From Candidatus Spyradocola sp. (GTDB lineage Bacteria; Bacillota; Clostridia; Christensenellales; UBA1750), in NCBI GenBank assembly GCA_034113365.1, contig JAXEXP010000039.1:13988-77987 (forward strand): DNA of 64,000 nucleotides, read 5' to 3'. A program made the translations under genes and the position numbers. The notes beneath the pieces are model-generated. The model had not been told where the DNA came from. It worked only from the letters and a program-made list of their open reading frames with translations, and searched no databases. Positions within the stretch are counted from its first letter, which is position 1, and each line of letters starts with the position of its first letter. Positions 63,577 to 64,000 of this stretch are shown here, piece by piece.

Positions 63577-64000
63577 AATGTGATCGCATCAGAGAGGCGA
63601 TGGACGGATATTTGGACGGGAGCCTGACGCCGCTGGAAAGGGAGGCGGTGGAGTCGCACGTCGAGCAGTGCGAGGAATGTCGGGAAGAACTGGTGCGCCG
63701 CAGGGAGCTGTTTATACAGCTTGCGCAGCTGGACAAAGGGATCAAGGCTCCGGATGGGCTGCTGGAGAACGCGATGGAGCGAATCCACCGTCAGAGGAGC
63801 CCCAAGAGAAAGGCGGGCTGGTGGATCGCGGGCGGACTTGCGGCGGCGCTGTGCGTGACCGCGGGGCTGGCAGGTCTTGCCGGGCTGGCGATGAACGGCG
63901 CGGGGGCAAAGTCCGCTGCGCCGCAGGAGCCCATGGCGGATTACGGCTTTGCCTCGGGCGCGGCGATGGACACCGCTGCGGACATGGCGACGGAAGGGTA
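63573..64000 (+). CDS. Anti-sigma factor with an N-terminal zf-HC2 motif (truncated by the window end)
   Basis: An ATGA overlap with the sigma gene. MKCDRIREAMDGYLDGSLTPLEREAVESHVEQCEECREEL (H-x3-C-x2-C), followed by a TM helix WWIAGGLAAALCVTAGLAGLAGLA. Confidence 0.8.
   Translation, partial: MKCDRIREAMDGYLDGSLTPLEREAVESHVEQCEECREELVRRRELFIQLAQLDKGIKAPDGLLENAMERIHRQRSPKRKAGWWIAGGLAAALCVTAGLAGLAGLAMNGAGAKSAAPQEPMADYGFASGAAMDTAADMATEG

Noticed and set aside
1-64000. Mobile elements, prophage, defence systems (RM, CRISPR-Cas, toxin-antitoxin, Abi), rRNA
   Set aside because: I scanned all track ORFs of at least 60 aa and the gaps. I found no transposase, integrase or recombinase, no nuclease/helicase/methylase motifs, no phage structural genes and no rRNA-like sequence.

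Overview
This window looks like a chromosomal origin region from a high-G+C, Firmicute-style genome. The taxon (probably Clostridia/Oscillospirales-like) is inferred from GGAGG ribosome-binding sites, gene order and KtrAB; I could not run a search to confirm it.

Gene content, left to right:
- yidC (partial), yidD, rnpA and rpmH on the minus strand.
- A DnaA-box/AT-rich oriC segment, then dnaA-dnaN-recF.
- A 1.26-kb ORF-poor gap holding a second, larger DnaA-box cluster. gyrB/gyrA are absent from their usual place after recF.
- A mannan/galactomannan catabolic cluster: two GH130 phosphorylases, a GH2 beta-mannosidase and a GH36 alpha-galactosidase.
- A SodC-like protein.
- An importer-type ABC operon (binding protein plus two permeases, no ATPase) that ends in a HlyD-type adaptor.
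- An AgrC-like HPK10 kinase with a LytTR regulator.
- A cluster of DUF4127, a Cys-rich protein and a sialidase-fold protein.
- An SRAP peptidase.
- A 730-bp nested repeat block.
- A potassium gene string, ktrB-ktrA-orf-kdpD-kdpE, with no kdpFABC.
- def, preceded by an unexplained long leader.
- An ~18-kb low-G+C cell-surface glycan island (36.0-53.9 kb).
- A lipoprotein, a decayed LytTR fragment, a beta-helix protein, TetR plus MATE, tRNA-Leu(CAA), a hydrolase, and an ECF-like sigma/anti-sigma pair (the anti-sigma gene is cut by the window end).

I saw no transposase, integrase, CRISPR array, rRNA or recognisable defence genes.

Most second-look candidates are non-coding or architectural:
- the displaced DnaA-box cluster with a DnaA-trio-like array;
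- two families of structured intergenic repeats;
- the promoter plus ~355-nt leader upstream of def;
- the ABC importer plus membrane-fusion-protein hybrid operon;
- the orphan peptide-type two-component system with phased direct repeats;
- the hybrid glycan locus.

All function calls rest on my own reading of the translated ORFs and motifs. No database search was run.
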